Assembly: GCF_964194155.1 (NCBI RefSeq)
Contig: NC_135887.1
Span: 95,294,001 to 95,358,000 of the forward strand
Reading direction: 5' to 3'
DNA: 64,000 bases
Source of the DNA: Cetorhinus maximus
Lineage: Eukaryota
The translations under genes and the position numbers were made by a program. Below are positions 23,746-36,900 of the stretch, one piece after another. Under the pieces are notes generated by a model. The model was not told the origin of the DNA and ran no database searches. It saw nothing but the letters and a program-made list of their open reading frames with translations. The first letter of the stretch is position 1, and the number at the start of each line of letters is the position of its first letter.

Positions 23746-25862
23746 CCTCGATCCTACTGCCACTAAATTGCCGATCACCCAATTTGCCCCCTTGGCCCCT
23801 ATGTAAGCTGACATTGTAAAAAGTTCTCTCTCTTCAGATGTTGTTCTTCTCTCTTTAAATCTTCTGTCATCACTCCTCTCAAAAAACACAACCATTGATC
23901 CCACCATCCTTGTAAATAACCTTCAACCTTCCTTTTCTCTCCAAAGTCCTCGAACATGTTGTCACCTCCCAAATCCATTCCCATCTTTCCAGGAACTCCA
24001 TATTTGAACTCCTCCAATTCAAGCAGCCTGATAGTATACTCACAAGTATATTCTCAGTCCTCAATTACTGATTATGTCATGTAACTTACAAGATTAATAT
24101 CATTATTTTGCAGCACATTTATTTATAGAGAAACATTGTTCCAAATTCTGCTATTATAATACAGCACATTACCTCACATTAAGAAAGGATCCAATAGTTT
24201 CTGTCACTGCCACAGCACCAAAATGGCCCTCATCAAAGTCACAAATGATATCCAATGTGACTGTCACAAAGATAAACTTTCCCTCCTCATCCTTCTTGAC
24301 CTGTCAGAAACCTTTGACATGGTTGGCCACAACATCCTCCTCCAATACCTCTTCACTATTGTCCAAGTGGGTCAGACTGCCCACATCTGGTTCTATTCTT
24401 ATTGATTTAATCGTAGCCAGAGAATCACTTGCAATGGGCTTCTCTTCCTGCTTCTGTACTGTTACCACTGGTGTTTTTTTAATTCATTCATGGGATGTGG
24501 GCATCACTGGCTAGGCCAGCATTTATTGCTCATCCCTAATTGCCATTGTTCAGAAGGCATTTAAGAGTCAATCACATTGCTGTGGGTCTGGAGTCACATG
24601 CAGACCAAGTACGGAGAGCAGATTTCCTTCCCTAAAGGACATGAGTGAACCAGATGGGTTTTTACAACAATCAACGATGATTTCATGGTCCTCATTAGAC
24701 TTTTAATTCCAGATTCTTTTAATTAAATTCAAATTCCACCATCTGCCATGGCAAGATTCAAATCCAGGTCCCTGGAGCATTACCCTGGGGCTCTGGATTA
24801 CTAGTTCAGCGACAATGCCACTACACCATTGCCTCCCCCTTGTCCCACAAGGATCTATCCTTGGCCCCCTCCTCCTTCTCATCTACAAGCTTCCCCTTAG
24901 TGACATTATCCGAAAGCACAGCATTAGTTTTCACATGTATGCTGACAATACCCTCTACCACACCACCACTTCTCTCCACTCCTCCACGATTGCTAAATTA
25001 TCAGACTGCTTATTTGACATCCAGTACTGGATGAGCAGAAATTTCCTCCAATTAAATATTAGGAAGGCTGAAGCCATTATTTTCAGTCTCTGCTCCAAAA
25101 CCATTCCCTTGCTATTGATTCCATCCCTCTCCCTGATAACAGTCTGAGATTAAGCCAGTCTGTTCAGAACCTTGGTGTCACATGTGATCCTGAGATGAGC
25201 TTCTAAATTCATATTAGTGCCATCACCAACATCCTATTTCCATCTTTGTAACATTGCCCGACTTTGCTCCTTTCTCAGTTCGTCTGCTGCTGAAATCCTC
25301 AATCATGCCATTGTTACCTTGAGACTCGTCCATACCAATGCACTCCTGGCTGGTCTCCCACATTCTACCCTCCAAAAGTCATCCAAAACTCAGCTGCCCA
25401 TTTCTTAATTCGCACCAAGTCCCATTCATCTATCATCCCTGCCTTCCCGGTCAAACAACGTCATGATTTTAAAATTCTCATCCTTGTTTTAAAATCCTTC
25501 CATGGCCTTGCCCCTCTCTCTCTCTCTGTAATTTCCTCCAGCCCCATAACCCTCTCTGATATCTGCGCTCCTTAAATTATAACGTCTTGTTCACTCCCAA
25601 TTATAATTCTCCACCATCGATGGCCATGCATTCAGTTGCCTATAGACCCCAAGCTCTGGAATTCCCTCCCTACACCTCTCTAGCTTGCATTCCTTGTTTG
25701 AGGCACTCCTTAAAACCTACAACTTTGACCAAGCTTTTGGTAATCTGACCTGATATCACCTTATGTGACTCGGTGTCAAACTTTATCCTATAATGCTCCT
25801 TGGAAGCTTCTTGGGACATTTCATTACATTAAAGGTGCTATATACTTATAAGTTGGTGTTGA
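23746..25862 (+). mobile_element. L2-clade LINE (RT and 3' end), interrupted by a 181-bp templated insert and a SINE
   Basis: ALIKVTNDI...LILLDLSETFDMVGH, VPQGSILGPLL...HMYADNT, WMSRNFLQLNIRKAE. Tail TAAAGGTGCTATATAC...GTTG. Confidence 0.85.
24480..24839 (-). mobile_element. full-length tRNA-derived SINE
   Basis: Antisense head GGGGAGGCAATGGTGTAGTGG...GATTTGAATC. Tail GGGATGAGCAATAAATGCTGGCC...CCCACATCCCATGAATGAAT is shared with the LINE at 1-144. Inserted at the GVPQG codons of the L2. Confidence 0.8.
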
Positions 25863-25897
25863 ATTTTTTTAACGTGGGAAGTGAGTTTGGAGCTATG

Positions 25898-26582
25898 GGC
25901 CAGAAACTTATCTGTGTTGGGCGGGCTGGATGGGAGCGGGTGCGAAGCTGATCGCCGCCTGCGATCGGCTGCGTGCTGCCATTTTACATGGGCGGGCCAA
26001 TTAAGGCCCACTCAGCGTGACACACAGCCAGTAGCACTCAGCGCTACCTGTGCAGGCAGGAGGAGGAGGGGGAGGAGGGGCCTGCACTCTTTTGCGCATG
26101 TGCACGAAAGAGCGCAGAAATCTCCCTGAGGCATGGAGCTGCCTCAGGGAGATTAAGTACATAATAAAAGTTTATAAATAATAAAGTTAAAAATTATTTA
26201 GACATGTCCTTTCATGTGACAGTGTCACATGAGCTGGGACATGTTTATGAATTGTGCAAAAATTAATTAATAATTTTATAAAACTTCAAGAAACCGCATC
26301 CCACCCATGAATGAGGTTTCCTGAAAAACACAAAGGCCGCTTGAGCTCTTCGTCTTCCCACCAACCTTAAGGGTGGATGGGCAGCCCTGTTAATTATCTA
26401 AATTATTTCCCTAATGGCCTTAATAAGCCTTTGACAGTTTGGCCGGTGCAGAACCGCCACCGGCGCACGCCTGGCGAACGAAAGATCTAAATGATGTGCG
26501 ATGACATCAGGACACACGCCCGAACATCATCATTTTGTGCGTCAGCGTGTCGGGCCCACACCCCGACGGCAATATTCAGGCC
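25898..26582. mobile_element. Harbinger-type MITE (685 bp), copy A
   Basis: TIR-like GGCCAGAAACTT / AATATTCAGGCC with ATG duplicated on both sides. Homologous along its length to 28320-28982. Confidence 0.8.
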
Positions 26583-26779
26583 ATGATATAGCCAGGGTTT
26601 AGATAGCATATACAATACCCACTGAACTTCATTTAAAATTGTAAAATGCCATTCAAGCAGCCTGATAGTATACTCACAAGTATATTCTCAGTCCTCAGTT
26701 ACTGATTCTGCCATGTAAATTACAAGATCAATATCATTATTTTGCAGCATATTTATTTATAGAGAAGCATTGTTTCAAA

Positions 26780-27820
26780 TTCTGCTATTATAACACAGCA
26801 CATTACCTCACATTAAGAAAGGATCCAATAGCTGTTATACTTCTAAAATCAATCTAAAAATCCCACCATCAAGTGATATAATTGATTAAACTGAATCAAA
26901 ATACACACAATAATATCTTTAATATGCGAACCATTGTATCGTATTATAAATATTACAAAATTCCCAGAGGCACCTGTGGTCTATTGGGAGATAAGTTTTC
27001 ATTACACTTTATTACAAAAGTTAAGGGAAATACAACAGGCTGTTCTGGTGCTTGTTACAGTGAGTGGTCATAGTGACTCACATGAAAATTGTGTTAACGC
27101 TGTTCGAAATGGGGAACTGTTTAAAAGGAGCTGAGTGTATGCAATAAATTAACTTCAGGAATTGAACAGTATTTAATCCTTCGTAAATGAGTGTCCAAAC
27201 TTCTTCTTTCCACAGGTGAAAGTGATGCATATCATGGAGGCCCAGTAGCTAAATCAGTGTTCCCATTCATTTGAATTTATCTGAACAGCCTGTTATATTT
27301 TCTTTAAAATTTGTAACAAAGTCCCTTGTCTCTCCTTCACAAGTTTCTCATGATGGATGAGCTGAGATTGGGTACTTACTGTACAGGACCACAATGAATG
27401 CAAACTTATCTTCCATTAGACCACAGGTGCCTGTGGGAATTATTACAATATTCAAAGCCTTAACAGGATAAGCACAAGAGGAGAAAGGCATTATCAATCT
27501 ATGCACTGAAATCGGAAAATAACCGTGCAGAATCAGCATATTAAAGATGGAAGAAGAATCATATCGGACTTGAGAGGTTAACTCTCTTTCTCTCTTCACA
27601 GATATTGCCAGACCTGCTGAGCTATTCCAGCATTTTCTGTTTTTATTTCAGATTTCCAGCATCCGCAGTATTTTACTTTTATCACATTACTGTGTCTCTT
27701 TTGAACCAGTTTAACCAATATTGTCACTTGATGGTGGGGTTTTTAGATTAATCTTAAAAATGTAATGACTACTGGATCCTTTCTTAATGTGTGGTAATAT
27801 ACTGCGCCCATTATATGACA
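26780..27820. repeat. foldback-like element with ~260-bp degenerate inverted arms
   Basis: Reverse-complement anchors: 26810-26827 with 27773-27790, 26863-26876 with 27724-27737, ~26958-26983 with 27417-27441, and 27034-27045 with 27283-27294. Confidence 0.7.
27548..27682 (+). mobile_element. short Penelope pLTR-derived element (degenerate hammerhead)
   Basis: GAAGAAGAATCATATCGGACTTGAGAGGTTAACTC...CAGACCTGCTGAG...TTTCCAGCATCCGCAGTA, homologous to 12497-12625. Confidence 0.75.
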
Positions 27821-28319
27821 GCATTCATTGCTACCAGCACCAATGAAATGTGTTTGTATTTTACTGCTATATTATTGTTATTGACCAGTGAGTCCCCTCT
27901 GCCTGTGACCCCAGCAACTCTAGCTCCTCAGGCCGAGGAGGGTGTGCCTGCCCCACAGCAGGGGACCCAAAACAGGCCAGGGCCCTCCAGGCCTCGACCC
28001 TCCACAGGACACCTGCCAAGGTCATCACAGACAACATGGCATAGCAGTCAACAGGCTACCTCCACCTCTGCTGCTGATGTCAGTGATGCACCTATACCTA
28101 GCAGTAGGGTGAGAAAAATTAAGAAATATTGTGAGAACAATGGTGGCACAGGTGTTCACTCACGACATATTTTGCAAATCTGTAAATATATTGTGCTTTT
28201 CTGAAAGTCTCCTCTAATGAATGGTCCTTCTACCTAATGCAATGCTCCGAGGTCATACAAGTGTAACAGATGTCCCCCCACCTCCTCACTTATCTTCCAT
28301 CATGTGCCTCAGATCTTTG

Positions 28320-28982
28320 GGGCAGAATTTTCTGCCTGTCGGTCAGGTGGGCAGGCCCGACCCAATCTCCGGCGGGCGGGGAGCCGATCCCCGCCGGAGA
28401 AGCGGGCCCCGCCGCCATTTTACGTGGGCAGGCCAATTAAGGCCCACCCAGCATGACGTCCACCAGGAAGCGTTATGCGCTTCCTGTGCAAGCGGGGGGG
28501 ATTCCCCAAAAGCGAAAGTGCGCTCTTTCGCGCTTGCACACGAAAGAGTGCACATCTCCCTGAGGCTAAATGCTGCCTCAGGGAGATCGCTGACAGTTCT
28601 AAAAACATTAAAAATAGAAAAAAAAATCCTTAACATGTCCCCCTCATGTGACAATGTCACATGAGATGGGACATGTTCATAATTGACACTAAAACTTTAT
28701 TAAACGTTTTAAATCCCTGCGTGAAACCTCATCCCGCCGGTGGATGAGGTTTCATGTTTTTTCTATTCCCCGCTGGGGCTCCTGGCCTGCTCGCCAACCT
28801 TAAGGTTGGACGGGCAGGTCCTTTAATTGTTTAAATGATTCTGATTTTGCTGCGCCCCCGCCTTCCTGAAAATTTAAATGGGGCGGGATGATGTCGGGGG
28901 TTCCCCTTGACGACATCCCACATCATTTTACGCGTCGGCGAGCGGGCCCCGCCCCCTGCTCGCCAACGGCAAAATTCAACCC
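28320..28982. mobile_element. Harbinger-type MITE (663 bp), copy B, CpG-rich
   Basis: TIRs GGGCAGAATTTT / AAAATTCAACCC with flanks TTG/ATG. Both ends resemble those of the autonomous-type element at 49003-52983. Confidence 0.85.
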
Positions 28983-30439
28983 ATGATGTTTCACACAATC
29001 TCAGTACAGTGAGTCACCTTTCTGTCCACAGCAGCGACATGAGCAAAGCCTCTTGCTCTATCAACATGGTGGTCGGGCAATGCATATCTAAGAACTGACT
29101 CAGAGGATCATATGTGGCCTCAGGGAATAGATTTGCAGTTATTTTTTATTCTTCTGATGTGCTGCACTGAAGTCTGTTCTCTGTGCATGTTATATGCTTT
29201 AATGGCGACCCGCATTGGAGTCATTCTAACTCGGTGCAACGTTCAATGGCCTCCATGTAATGTCTGTCAGGCTTGGGTGTGGGTTACATTTCAAATAATA
29301 GTCGGGACCTTAGCCACTCAAGGCGGCCTGCTGTGTAATGCTATGACCGTGTGTACAGCCAGACATCACCCTTATAATAGTTCCCACTCTCCACCTGCAT
29401 GATGCAAAGCTATGGACCGAGCTAGTACTTGGTAACTCCTGAAATGTCTGCTAGACGGCCATGACTATACAAGATTAGAGGCATGTGTCAAGGCTCCTGT
29501 TGCCGACTATTAAATGGGAAAATACCACTCTGGACCTGAAGGTCTGGCTAGCATGGCTTGACATAATCGTGAGCAATCAACATGGTTATCCGATCGTGAC
29601 AGTGCCATCACTGTCCCAGCCTTCCTTGTGTATGTCTGAAACTGCTGGAATGAAAAGGTGGAGGTCTCGAATGGCCCTAGAGTTAATCTCCACTACATCT
29701 GATGTGTGCACTTTATTATCAATGAAGTTATGAAGTAATCCCTAAATGCAGTATCAACATTTACTGGGCCACTTAACACCCAGATGTCAAGGCAACACTG
29801 GACATGAATGTCGGAAACTCCAGACGAAGGCTGGGTCATGAGTGCTTGCCCATGCAGATGATGTCCATCAGATGATGGTGCTGCTGAAACTCTCTCAGTG
29901 CACACAAGGGTGACCAGACTCACTGCATCCTAAGGAACAACCTCATGCTGGGCACTCAGGATGAGGATGAGACCAGAACATTACTCTTGCATGAGGGATG
30001 GCCTGTGGAGAGATGCTGCAGTCCGGATTCAGATCAGTCCTCAGACGTACACACGAGAACCAGTGATTGATGATCGTCCTCCTTGAGGCGCCTTGCAACT
30101 CTCCAGGCATACTTCCATGAGTGCACTGAGGTTTGCACTGTTGCTCCTGCCTGTTAAAGGCTGCCATAGGCATTGAAATGTTGGCATGATGCTTGAAAGG
30201 ACAGCAACATGTCTAATTTTTTTGCAGTGCGCGCTGGTGGAGTTTCCATCCCACAGCATAATGGTAACATGCTCCAGAGGCTGGCTAACCTTCCAAGGAT
30301 GAGGCCATGAGACAAGATTGTAACTACTCATTCTGAGATTGATGTCCTTCACTGAGACACTGAAGATAGCAAAGAATGTGGTAATGTCGAGCCTGCATGG
30401 AGGGGACGGGTGAAAGAGGCTCATATGAGCTAGTCATCT

Positions 30440-31620
30440 TCATTGTCCTGGAACCTTGGGTCTATAAGGATCTCACGGGCATGTCTGTCACATCTGGCCC
30501 ATGCTATGGCCTCTTCCTCTGGGGCCTCAACATCCTCATCCTCATCAAGCTCATGCCTTTCAACATCTTCCTCATCGGAAGAGACATGCATCTTCTACCT
30601 CTCTATCTCTCCATCGGTCAACTCATCCCCCCCCTTTGGAGTGCCAGGTTGTGTAGAGCTCAGCAAGCTAAGATGATGTGGGACACCCTCTGGGAAGAGA
30701 CCTGACGAGTGTGCCTGACCATTCCAGACATCTGAAACACATCTTCAGCATACCAATAATCTGCTCAATCAAGGAGCATGTTGCAGAATGAGCCGCATTG
30801 TATCTTTCCTCTGAAGCACTCTATAGCCATTGAATGGGCATCATTAGCCCCATATTTTGGGGTGGCCTTTATGACCAATGAAACAACCCTGAATGCAATG
30901 AGGGCCCTCAAAGAACTGTGGCATCTGCTGGTGACTCAAGATGCAAGAGGCATACGAGCTCCCAGGGTATCTCACACAGACCTGCATAATCTGCTTTTGG
31001 TGATCACAGATCAACTGCACGTAGAGAGGGGAAGCCTTTTCTACTGGTGAATCATGCGGCTGCTGCCAGGGAGTTCTTAATGCCACGTGTGTGCAGCTGT
31101 GGGAAGCCAGAGATTGCTGCAAATACCACTGCTGGCAGCCTGGCTGGTTTCATCCAGGGAGAACTGGACGTAATTGGGTGCCTTACTGGATAGTGCATCG
31201 GTGACCTCTTGGATGCATTTATGAGCGGAGGATTGTGATATTCCGCAGAGGTCCCCAGTAGAGCCCTGGAATGAGCCACTCGCAAACAAGTTGAGTGCGG
31301 CCATCACCATTAGAACCACTGGCAATGGATGGCCTCCCAGACCATGCAGCATCAGATCCTCCTGAAGAATGTGGCAGGTGTGAGCCACAACATCCCTTGA
31401 CAAGCGAAGGCATCTTCAGCACCATCTCTCACTCATCTGAAAGTATGAGAGGCTCTTTGGTACAAGCTGGGTCACGCCAAATGCCTCCATGGAACTGGTC
31501 TCTCTGCCCCAGCTTCTAGGTCTTCGTGGGATCCTGCTGGCCTGTGTTCTTCATGGTGGGGCTTTACACTTTGTCCTGCCTAACGGCAATGGGCCCTTCT
31601 CCTCCTCCTCAGTTGCAAGA
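30440..31620 (-). pseudogene. Harbinger DDE transposase (HARBI1-family) remnant
   Basis: ALNLFASGSFQGSTGDLCGISQSSAHKCIQEVTDAL (31077..31403), VQLICDHQKQIMQVCVRYPGS (30844..31122), and a C-terminal RVSHII.AC.ALHNLA-like segment. Confidence 0.85.
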
Positions 31621-33423
31621 GAGCATGAAAAAGGCAGCGTTGCCTACTGCTTCTATTGTGCACTCCTCCTTGTCTCTGTGGAAAAATTGAACATAACCTA
31701 ACAATGATCACCTTCCATCACCAAGCTAGGGATTCATTGTGTAGCCCTTCAACTGCCCTCATTCCAGGCAGATCCTCCCTTGCAGTTGTCGCACAGCCTT
31801 AAGGATCACTAGAAGCTGAGTACCACCCCACCCCACCCCCCCACCCAATGTCCCAGGCATGACAGCGCTTTCACAAAGCAGGTTGGATCTGGATGAGTAC
31901 AGCCAGGTGCTATAAGCCTCAGTCAGGGCACCATCAGCCTGCCTCCTTTGGAGTAGACAAACCAACATTTGGTCCCAAGCCATAATGGATTCAAGAATGC
32001 GCACCATGAGTTAAATTGCCCAAATCCTTCAATTGACATTTGAATCTTCCTAACATATCTCACTGAGCCTTGCTTTCCATGTCCTGAAGTAGAAATTATT
32101 ATGGTGCTCCTTCAATCGGCCCAAAAGTGCATTATCGACTCCTCCCACAAGCCCTCAGACCCTTCTCCGGTGATTTGTTTCCTAGATTATTTTTTAACTG
32201 CATCACTCCATCAGCTGTCGAAAAGGTGCTGATCCACCAATACTATGAGACCGGCTTCCAAACCTCCCTGTCACTGTCCAAGTCCTTCCTATCATCCTGG
32301 AAGAGCATCACGTACAAGTTTCCCTCCCTCCGATCACTCTCCTGCCTCTCCCTCTAGCCCTGGAATCCATTGTGATTCGTGTAGATATCCCTGTCCTCCT
32401 CCCAAACTGTTTTCTGTGGATATTCCGATGTCCTTGTCGACCTCACCCCACCCCATTTATGTACAGTGGCCTACCCAGACTCCCCCCATGAGACCATCAA
32501 TTGCCTGCTTCTTACTTACCAGTTCCCCATTTACAGGCTGCAGATGCCTCCCCTGACTGTGACTGTGACATCTGCGGCCCAGTACCAAGCCACCAACCTC
32601 CAGGACCCAAATGTGAGAGGGACTGATCTGCACAACATGCTGTGCATGACTGTCACAGCACAGACAGGCCCTCCCCCTCCCTGCACTGGGACCAGGACAT
32701 GTGCACCAGGCACAACATTGTAGCATGGTGCACACAGCCCCAGGACTGGCTTTGCTTTCTGGCCCCAACTACGTGGTGCACACAGCCCCAGGACTGTATC
32801 AGACTTATCCCCTCACTTCCTTATACGCCCCCCCACCCCACCCCCAGTCTTCTGTCACTGTCTGCCCCTTCCCTCCTGTGCTCCAATCAAGCCCCTTCCC
32901 CCAGTCATGTGTTGCTGTCCACCCCTTCCTTCCCAGGCTCCAGGCAACTCCCCCACCAGTCAAGTGTGTGCCTTCCAGCCCCTTCCCTTGCCTTCCTGCT
33001 GGTCTTGTCTGAGCAGCCTTGGTACAGAGTTGGAGCAGCCGCGAGCACAGTACAGTGAAAGGTAGGCAACTGCTGTGCGTACAAACCTCGAAGTCGCGAG
33101 TTAAGTGCGATTTGCTAGGTACACATCAGTTATATCTGGTTGTGATTCACGCTGGTCTAATTAGCCACAAGAGTGGCCATTAGATTTGGGGGGCGGGGGG
33201 GTGGTGTTTCTGGTGAGTTGACTTTTTAATGAGAATTCATGAGATGCAAAGACATGCAAAAATGGTCCCTGACATGATGCAACCCAACCCACCATGAAAA
33301 TCGGGAGTGGAAAATTGCAACCCATTTTTATGCCAGCAGGAAACTGACTTTTGGCCACACTCTGTATTTTTCGGTCCTGCCCGCCACAATGTCTGCTGCT
33401 GGCAGGACCAGAAAATTCCACCC

Positions 33424-36400
33424 AGTATTTCAGATATGCCAAAGCCCTGTACAATTTTAGCATGACTTCTTAATTCCTATACTCTAACCCCTTTGCAATA
33501 AAGGTTAACATGTCATTTTTCTTCCTGATTGTTTGCTGTACCTGCATGCTAACTTTTTGCGTTCCTTGCATGAGCACACCCAAGTGTCTCTGAACATGAA
33601 TATTTACAAGTTTCACACCTTTTTAAAAATATTCAGCTTTTTCATTCTTACAACGAAGTGAATTATTTCACACTTCTCCACATTATTCTCCATCTGCAAT
33701 CTTGGTGTTCACTCAATTAACCTGTCTACATCTCTTTGCAGCCTCTCTGTGTCCTCCCCACAACTAACCTTTCCACCTTGTTTTGTATCGTCAGCAAACT
33801 TAGATGCATTACTTCCTGTCTCTTCATCTATATCATTCATATAGATTGTGAAAAGCTGAGCCAGCACTGATCATTGCAGAACTCCATTAGTCACAGCCTG
33901 CCAACTTCAAAAAGCCCTGTTTATGCCCACTCTTTACCTTCTGTCCATTAACCAATCCTTTAACCATGCTAATATATCACCCCCAACTCCATAAGCCCTT
34001 TTCTTGCCGATTGATGTTTGTGTGGCACCTTATCTAATGCCAGGTACACTACCTATTAGTCACACCCTCAAAAAGCTGATAAATTTGTCAAACAGGGTTT
34101 GCCTTTTGTAAAACCATGTTAACTTGTTCTAATCATGCTATACTTTTCTAAGCGCTAAGACTGGTTAAGACTTCCTCAATAATAGTTTGCAGCATTTTCC
34201 CAATGACTGACGTTAGGCTTACTGGCCTGTAGTTTCCTCTTTTCTCTCCCCTCCTTTCTTGAAAAGTGGTATTACAATTGCCAACTCCCAGGACCATTTC
34301 TAAATCTGAGGAATTTTGGAAAATCATAGCCAGCACATCCACTATCTCTTTAACTATCTCTTTCAGAACCCAGGTTAAAGGAAATAGGCCACCAGGTCCC
34401 AGGGAATTGTCAGATTTTAGTCCCTGAGGTTTCTCCAATACATTTTCTCTGTTGATGTTAATTACCTTAATTTCCTCACTCTGTTTAGCCCTTAGGTTAT
34501 GCTCTATTTCTGGTATGCAACTTGTGTCTTCTACAGTGAACACAAAGTATTTGTCCAATGCCTCTGGCTTACATATGAACATACGAAATAGGAGTAGGCC
34601 TCTCAGCCCCTCGAGCCTGCTGCACCATTCAATAAGATCATTGCTGATCTGATTGTAACCTCAACTCCACATTCCCCTCTAACCCTGATAATTTTTCTCC
34701 CCCTTGCTCATTAAGTACCTACCTACCCCTGCGTTAAAAATTTTCAAAGACTCTGCTTCCACCGCCTTCTAAGGAAGAGAGTTCCAAAGACTCATGACCC
34801 TCTGAGAGAAAAACTTTTCCTCATCTCTGTCTTAAATAGGCAACCCCTTATTTTTAAACAATGACCTCTAGTTCTAGATTGTCCCACAAGAGGAAGCATC
34901 CTCTTCATATCCACCATGTCAAGACCCCTCATGATCTTATATGTTTCAATCAAGTCACTTCTTACTCTTCTAAACTCCAGCTTAGCCTGTCCAGCCTTTC
35001 CTCATAGGTATTAGTCTGGTAAACATTCCCTGAACTGCTTCCAATGTATTTACATCTTTCCTTAAATAAGGAGACCAATACTGTACACAGTACTCCAGAT
35101 GTGCTCTTACAAACGCGCTGTATAACTGAAGCATAGCCTCCCTACTTTTGTATGCAAAGTGGCTTAGCCATTTCAACCTCATGGGTCGTATCACCTCCTG
35201 TAGGGCTTCTGAAACATTTTCAGCTGTCTGCAACTTTGCAGGTTCCTGCTGCCGAATTTGTTTGGTTTGCTCAGCCTTTCTGGACTGTTTTTGAGTTTCG
35301 TGGGGTCCAGCTTGTGAGGTCATTCCCTAGCAGAAGGTCAACTCCTTGCGTGGGCATGCTTGAGATTACACCCATCATCTGTGCCTTTAAAATAGCTGTC
35401 CTTAAAATCTATAACATCATAGTTACACATTCATGACAATCTTATTGCCATGTTTTGTGCATTCAGATAAAAAACCTTTATTTTCATTTTTTACAACTAT
35501 TCCCTGCATTGACCTTATTTGCTAATGTACAATTGAATATAAACTCTGTATCCCTTCCTGTCCCACTCTGTTTGACTTTATCCACATTGTTCTGTTTCTT
35601 CGACCTTTCGCTTCGGATTTCTAAATCTCCCTTCACCTAAACCCTCTCTCCCCCATCTCCCTCTGTTTGTTCAAAGCCATGTCCACAGCCCTAGTTATAC
35701 AATTGGCTAGGTCACTAGTCCCAGCCTGGTTTAAATGAAACCCATCCCAATGGAATTGTTCCCCCCTTTCCTGAGTAGTGATGCCAGTGCCCCATGAATT
35801 GAACCACAAGTTTAATTCTCTAATCTTCTTGGCCTTATGCCAATAGGGGCATGGTTTAGGGAACAATCCAGAGATTATTAACTTTGATGTTCTGCAAATA
35901 ATCAAGTAAATTGGAGCCTAACTCCTCAAACTCTCTCAGCAGAACATCATTCCTGGTTCTACCAGGTCATTGGTTCCTACATGGATCACAACAACTGGAT
36001 CCTCCCCCTTTCACTCCAAGTTCCTCTCCAGCCAGAAAGAGATGGCACTAAGCAAGCAACACAACTTTTGGAGCTCTTGGTCATGGTTGCAGTGAACAGT
36101 ATCGCCCTGACTATGCTGTATTCTATCACTAGCACATTCCTTTTTGCTCCCTCCATTTGCATGGCATTCTACACCATGGTGCCATGGTTCACTCATCCAT
36201 CCTAAGGTCTTTCTCCTCATTCAGTAAGGTAGCAAGCACCTCATTCCTGTTGGACAGAGTCAAGGGCTGAGGCTCCTCCATCACTACATGCTGGTTCCCC
36301 ATACCTGCCTAACTCGCAGTCACACCTCCTATCCTTGACCAGATCAACTCTAAAGTCCTGCCTAACTTAAGGAGTGCGATTGCCTCCTTGCCTCCAAAGA

Positions 36401-36900
36401 GTCCAGGTAACTCTCCCTCTCTTTGATGCCCCACAATGTCTGCAACTCAGGCTCCAGCTCACCAGCTCTGAGCTTAAGATGCTCAAGCTGCAAACACTTA
36501 CTGCAGATACGGTTGCCCAAGATTGCAGTGCATTCCATAGATTCCCACATGCTGCAGTCACAGCACACCACCATTCCTACGATGTCTGTCTAAACTTACC
36601 ATTTAATTTTTCAATTAGCTGTCATTTTACACAGCTAAAATTACACTCTCCTAGCTTGGAGACAAAGGAAGAAGACTCACCAGCTACCAGAGGCAGAAAA
36701 AGGTAGAAAAAGGAGCACTGCTTTCCCCCTCTGCACCAAATTCCGAAGTGAACCAAATTCCCAGCTTCGCACTTGGTCAACACTGCACTTTGGCATCCCC
36801 TCCCCTCCATATATCCCCTTACTCAGTGCAGTTTGCAAATCTGTTAGATATTCCCACATGAACCAAATTCATGACTTTGCACTTGGTCTACATCACACTC
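33424..36900 (-). mobile_element. CR1 LINE, degenerate: 5' UTR, ORF1 (zinc finger/leucine zipper + SGNH esterase) and ORF2 RT parts
   Basis: ORF 36362..36574 (CCDCSMWE...CSKCLQLEHLKLRAGELE), ORF 35633..35905 (WDGFHLNQAGT) and ORF 34148..34582 (GNYRPVSLTSVIGKML). Confidence 0.8.
34571..35160 (-). mobile_element. nested CR1 3' end (second subfamily)
   Basis: YKSREAMLQLYSAFVRAHLEYCVQYWSPYLRKD followed by a CR1 3' UTR ending in a TATGT-type repeat at ~34571-34590. Confidence 0.75.

Larger units (their letters stand above)
27885..33423. mobile_element. degraded PIF/Harbinger transposon (left end missing)
   Basis: 3' part of a Myb-partner-like gene on + (27885-28130, resembles 50800-50950), a DDE transposase remnant on -, and a right TIR GAAAATTCCACCC at 33411-33423. 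Whether all of this is a single element is uncertain. Confidence 0.6.
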
